A program made the position numbers and the translations under genes. Of a stretch of DNA of 64,000 nucleotides, positions 60,412 through 64,000 are shown piece after piece. The notes under the pieces were generated by a model that was given only the letters and a program-made list of their open reading frames with translations, was not told the DNA's origin and made no database searches. Position 1 is the stretch's first letter. Every line of letters begins with the position of its first letter. This DNA comes from Oikopleura dioica. Its lineage: Eukaryota > Animalia > Chordata. The DNA is taken from NCBI GenBank assembly GCA_907165135.1, contig CAJRAX010000007.1:62001-126000 (forward strand). The letters run 5' to 3'.

Positions 60412-63400
60412 TGATACAATCGAGGTCTCTTCGTTGATTGCAATTAAAATTTTTCTAACACTAATTAATTTTCCCTGCAAATAATTCGATAAAAATTGAA
60501 AGCTTTCGCTTGTTGGGAGTTTATTGTAAGTCTGAGGATATTTTGGCGGTGAGCGAAATGCATCTTTTAGCGCAGCTGCAATTCGTAAACAAAAACATAA
60601 TAATAGGCGCACGCAAATAAAGCATGATTTTCATGAATTGAAAATAAACAGTTCGCTGAAGTTCATCCGGATGAATATTTTTGCGATCTTTTCAGATCAT
60701 TTTTCTTGAGCTTGAGCCGGGTTCTCGAAGCAATTTTTCGTTTTAAAGAGCGAACAGGTGAAGGGTTTAAGGGCGCCAATAAGCGTATTGCGCTGCTGAG
60801 TCGTTCCAGGATTATAGAAAAGATTTTAAAACAAAGTAAATAAAAAGCACAAATAAAGATGATTATAATAATTAGGCCAGTTAATCATTATAACAACGAG
60901 AAAAGAGAGAACAAATAAATTAAGCATTACAGTTAAATTAAAAGATTATTACAGATTAAAATAAATGCGTATAAATATGAAAAAGTACTTCGGCTCACCT
61001 TCGGGCAGTTACTGACGCGGTTCATTGGACTCATTACTTTGCGTCAAGCCTTATCGGAGATAAGGAACCTCGAAGATCTCCAGTATCTGCAGCTGTAGAA
61101 GCTTGCCATCCGGCTCGCCCAGGAGTGCCTTTTGAAGTCGTCTTTGAAGAGTTGGCGAGGCGGTAGAACTCGCATTCGTCGTTGTTGTCGTCAGATCGTG
61201 CAGTAATGAGACTAGAATCAAGAGAATAAATCCTCGAACAGCGAGGGATTATAATTGAGCGAATAAATGCGAATTTAATAATCATGCGCGCAATAATTAT
61301 TCTCGAATAATAATAAAGAGCATATTCAATATGAAATTTGGATCATGCAAAACGGATTTTTTTTTTTTCATGCAGATGAGAGCAATTTTGAAATTTTTTG
61401 AAGCAATAAAACAATGGGAATAAGCGGCTAGGATGAAATAGTTACCGAATAATATGTACAGTTTTTATCAACACACGCGTACGTGTAAATTATGCCTAGA
61501 CTGAAGAACCGCTTATTTTAATCCCGAACCGATTGAAATAATGAGAGCATTTTCCAGAAGAGCCAACGATCGATAGCTCGCTTGTCATAGAGGTTCAATA
61601 ATGGTTCTAGCACTGATTGAACGTATGAGCGCAAGCATATCATTTACAAGTGAATTATGATTTGACCGTGAGGAGAAGGTTTGAGCGATATTAAACGCTA
61701 TCTTTTTACAGTATCGTGACTTTTGGGGAGAGTATCTTGAGACTGGCTTTGAAGTTTATTTTAACCGTGAAAAGAATTATAGAATTAATTTTTTTTTTAT
61801 CCTTATTTTTTCACTATTGTATCACTGTGACCACTTACGGGTCTGGAACTATTTTTCTTCCTTTTTTTTGACAGTGATCAACGGTATAATTCTCTTAAAA
61901 GATGATTAAAATAACTTCTGTCTCGAGCTACCCTAGCGAAAGAAAAATTTATACTTCCGTGTCAGGACTAAATAAAAGCTCATTATCAACTCGCTCATGA
62001 TTTGGAAAATTGCTGGAAAAATATTATTCGATTATGGCCTCCATTTCGGCTTTGCGAAGATGAAAAATATTTTGAATATTATAAAAAACCGCAAGAGCCT
62101 TCAGCTCTGTTTTATTTAAATCGCTAAGTTTAGTCGGTTTTAGAACCATGAAAACACCATAAAATAGATATTCTCCATTCGATGATTTTTTCCAGTTGGC
62201 AAAATTTTTGTTGATGTGATCCCTTATTTTTATTCGTAATTCAGCTGCGTTTTCATTGTTATCATTTAGTTTGAATTTATGACTAATGAATCTGAGCATA
62301 AGAATCGACAATTCGCTCAGTTTACAAAAAATTCCTCTTTCTACAGCCATATTTTGTTTGATCTGCTCGTATTTAGCTTCGAACAATTCAAACAACTCTT
62401 GATTTTCATTTTCCAATTTTATCTGAATCGAAAAATCCATATTGTTAATATCAGGGGAATTTTCTTTCGTTTGAAGAGCTATTTCAAAATTATTGCTGTC
62501 CAAAATATGTACTTTCTGTGGTGTTGAAATGGAGTCTTTAGAAGATTCTCGAACGCGTTTTAGTGGATTATGACTAACGTTTAATTCGTCAAAACTTGTT
62601 AAATCGGGCGTGTTATTTTCAATATTTAGTCGAGTCTCGGTTTCAGTTATGTGCTCTAAATTATGATTATCTAAACTCGAATGGTTTTTTGCAGGACTAC
62701 TATCGGGCGTTTTTACCACATGAAAAATATTACCATTCGGAATGGGAGACGCCAAAGTGTCATTTTTTGATATGTTATCTACCTCAGCGTCTTCCACTTC
62801 GAAAGGTCTGAGTTCCGACTCATGATCTATTTCGGAATTATCAGAAAAATCGGTTAATTTTTTAGCGGATTTTGGTCTACATGATTCGGGTCTTTTTGGT
62901 GTTTTTAGTTTAAGAAGTGGGTCCATCGGGGCAGGAATATTCTGATCAATTTCAAAGGTTGAATCTGAGCTTGTGCTTTGCGCTTTGGCCATAGATTCCG
63001 AAGATTCCGACTCCGATGAACTTTTGCATTCAGAAAAATTGTCATTTTGAGAAATCTCGGGACCGGACTGGGCAATTTCCTCACATGAATTCGCTTCATT
63101 TGAAAGCTCTTGGTTTATTGAATGAGGACTTTGCTCAATCGAACGTTTTTCTGGGTAAACGGCTGAAAAACAACCTATATTTTCATTCTCAGATTCTAAT
63201 TCTAGTCCAAATTTTGGTTGAAAAACAGGAATTCCAGAACAAGTTTCAAGGTTGGAATTACTGATTTTGCGCGTTTCATTATTCAAAAAATTTCCAGGCT
63301 CGACCAGGGGCTCATAGAACTTTCGCATATCAATTCCGTGTCTTCTGTATTCCCTACCCGTTTTTAAATTTTTGAGGTCATACCAAGTGCCAGTCGGGGA

Positions 63401-63727
63401 TTTATTTGTAATTGTATATGGTCCAATAAAGGGCGGATACGAAGCGTTAAAATTTTTAATCAAAACTTTTTGACCAATCTCGTATTCAATAAATTTATCA
63501 TTTTTAAATTTTTCCAACCTCGTTGTTTTTTCCTTATCAATTTTTTCTTTAATTTCATCGAAAGCAATATTAATTCTTTGACCGTATTTACGAAAAAGCG
63601 GGTCGTTAGGATTATGGGCTTCCGCAAGTCCTGTCTCAATTTGAAAAGGGCTAAACTTAGAAACGGAATGAACACTGCTATTTATTCCGTGAATCGCTTG
63701 ATAAAGAAACAAGTCCCAGTTATTCAT
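60412..63727 (-). mobile_element. Truncated inverted copy of family C (3' LTR 60412-61824 + integrase 3' half)
   Basis: Reverse complement of ~36905-40217, including the same satellite flank. Confidence 0.93.
62024..63727 (-). pseudogene. pol: Integrase C-terminal fragment of family C pol
   Basis: 567-aa ORF matching the C pol C-terminus; gives the frame-correct version of that region. Confidence 0.9.
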
Positions 63728-64000
63728 AACAAGTCTTCAGTTATTCATAACTTGTGCTTTGCGCTTTGGCCATAGATTCCGAAGATTCCGACTCCGATGA
63801 ACTTTTGCATTCAGAAAAATTGTCATTTTGAGAAATCTCGGGACCGGACTGGGCAATTTCCTCACATGAATTCGCTTCATTTGAAAGCTCTTGGTTTATT
63901 GAATGAGGACTTTGCTCAATCGAACGTTTTTCTGGGTAAACGGCTGAAAAACAACCTATATTTTCATTCTCAGATTCTAATTCTCTTCACCTGTTCGCTC
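63728..64000. other. Rearranged junction: short templated insert, duplicate of 62970-63203, then plus-strand LTR C sequence
   Basis: 63751-63984 equals 62970-63203; 63985-64000 CTTCACCTGTTCGCTC equals 24693-24708. Confidence 0.8.

Overview
Eukaryotic heterochromatin, probably centromeric or pericentromeric. An AT-rich tandem satellite (about 62-70 bp monomer, core GAACTGTAAATCATCTGAAAACGCCAAAAAACGCATCAGAAT plus poly-T) is invaded by five related but distinct families of one Ty3/Gypsy LTR-retrotransposon lineage. These are element A (1154-8950, +), B (12582-20930, -), a three-LTR tandem dimer C (23639-40217, +), a solo LTR D (46508-47800, -), E (48903-56655, +), and a truncated inverted duplicate of C (60412 to about 63727, -). 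All complete insertions have TGAT...ATCA ends, 5-bp TSDs inside the satellite and near-identical LTR pairs. The satellite flips strand at about 41.3 kb and contains a 59-bp CpG-rich variant island (41.9-44.85 kb). No host genes, env, tRNA/rRNA or CRISPR are seen. Comparing the five families shows a set of shared unusual traits. (i) A covarying three-way-junction RNA in every LTR, with a 5' splice-donor-like site in its closing stem. (ii) An integrase ending in tandem SAP/HeH-like repeats instead of a chromodomain, with D,D(33)E spacing. (iii) Insertions phased about 11 bp apart within the satellite monomer. (iv) A gag ATG overlapping a degenerate PBS. (v) No polypurine tract next to the 3' LTR. 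(vi) A C..HxH...C insert in RNase H. (vii) Three different -1 frameshift heptamers, each followed by a hairpin. Together these suggest a possibly undescribed satellite-targeting retrotransposon clade. All alignments and pairings were done by eye and no database search was run. Many frameshifts lie in homopolymers and are probably sequencing errors.
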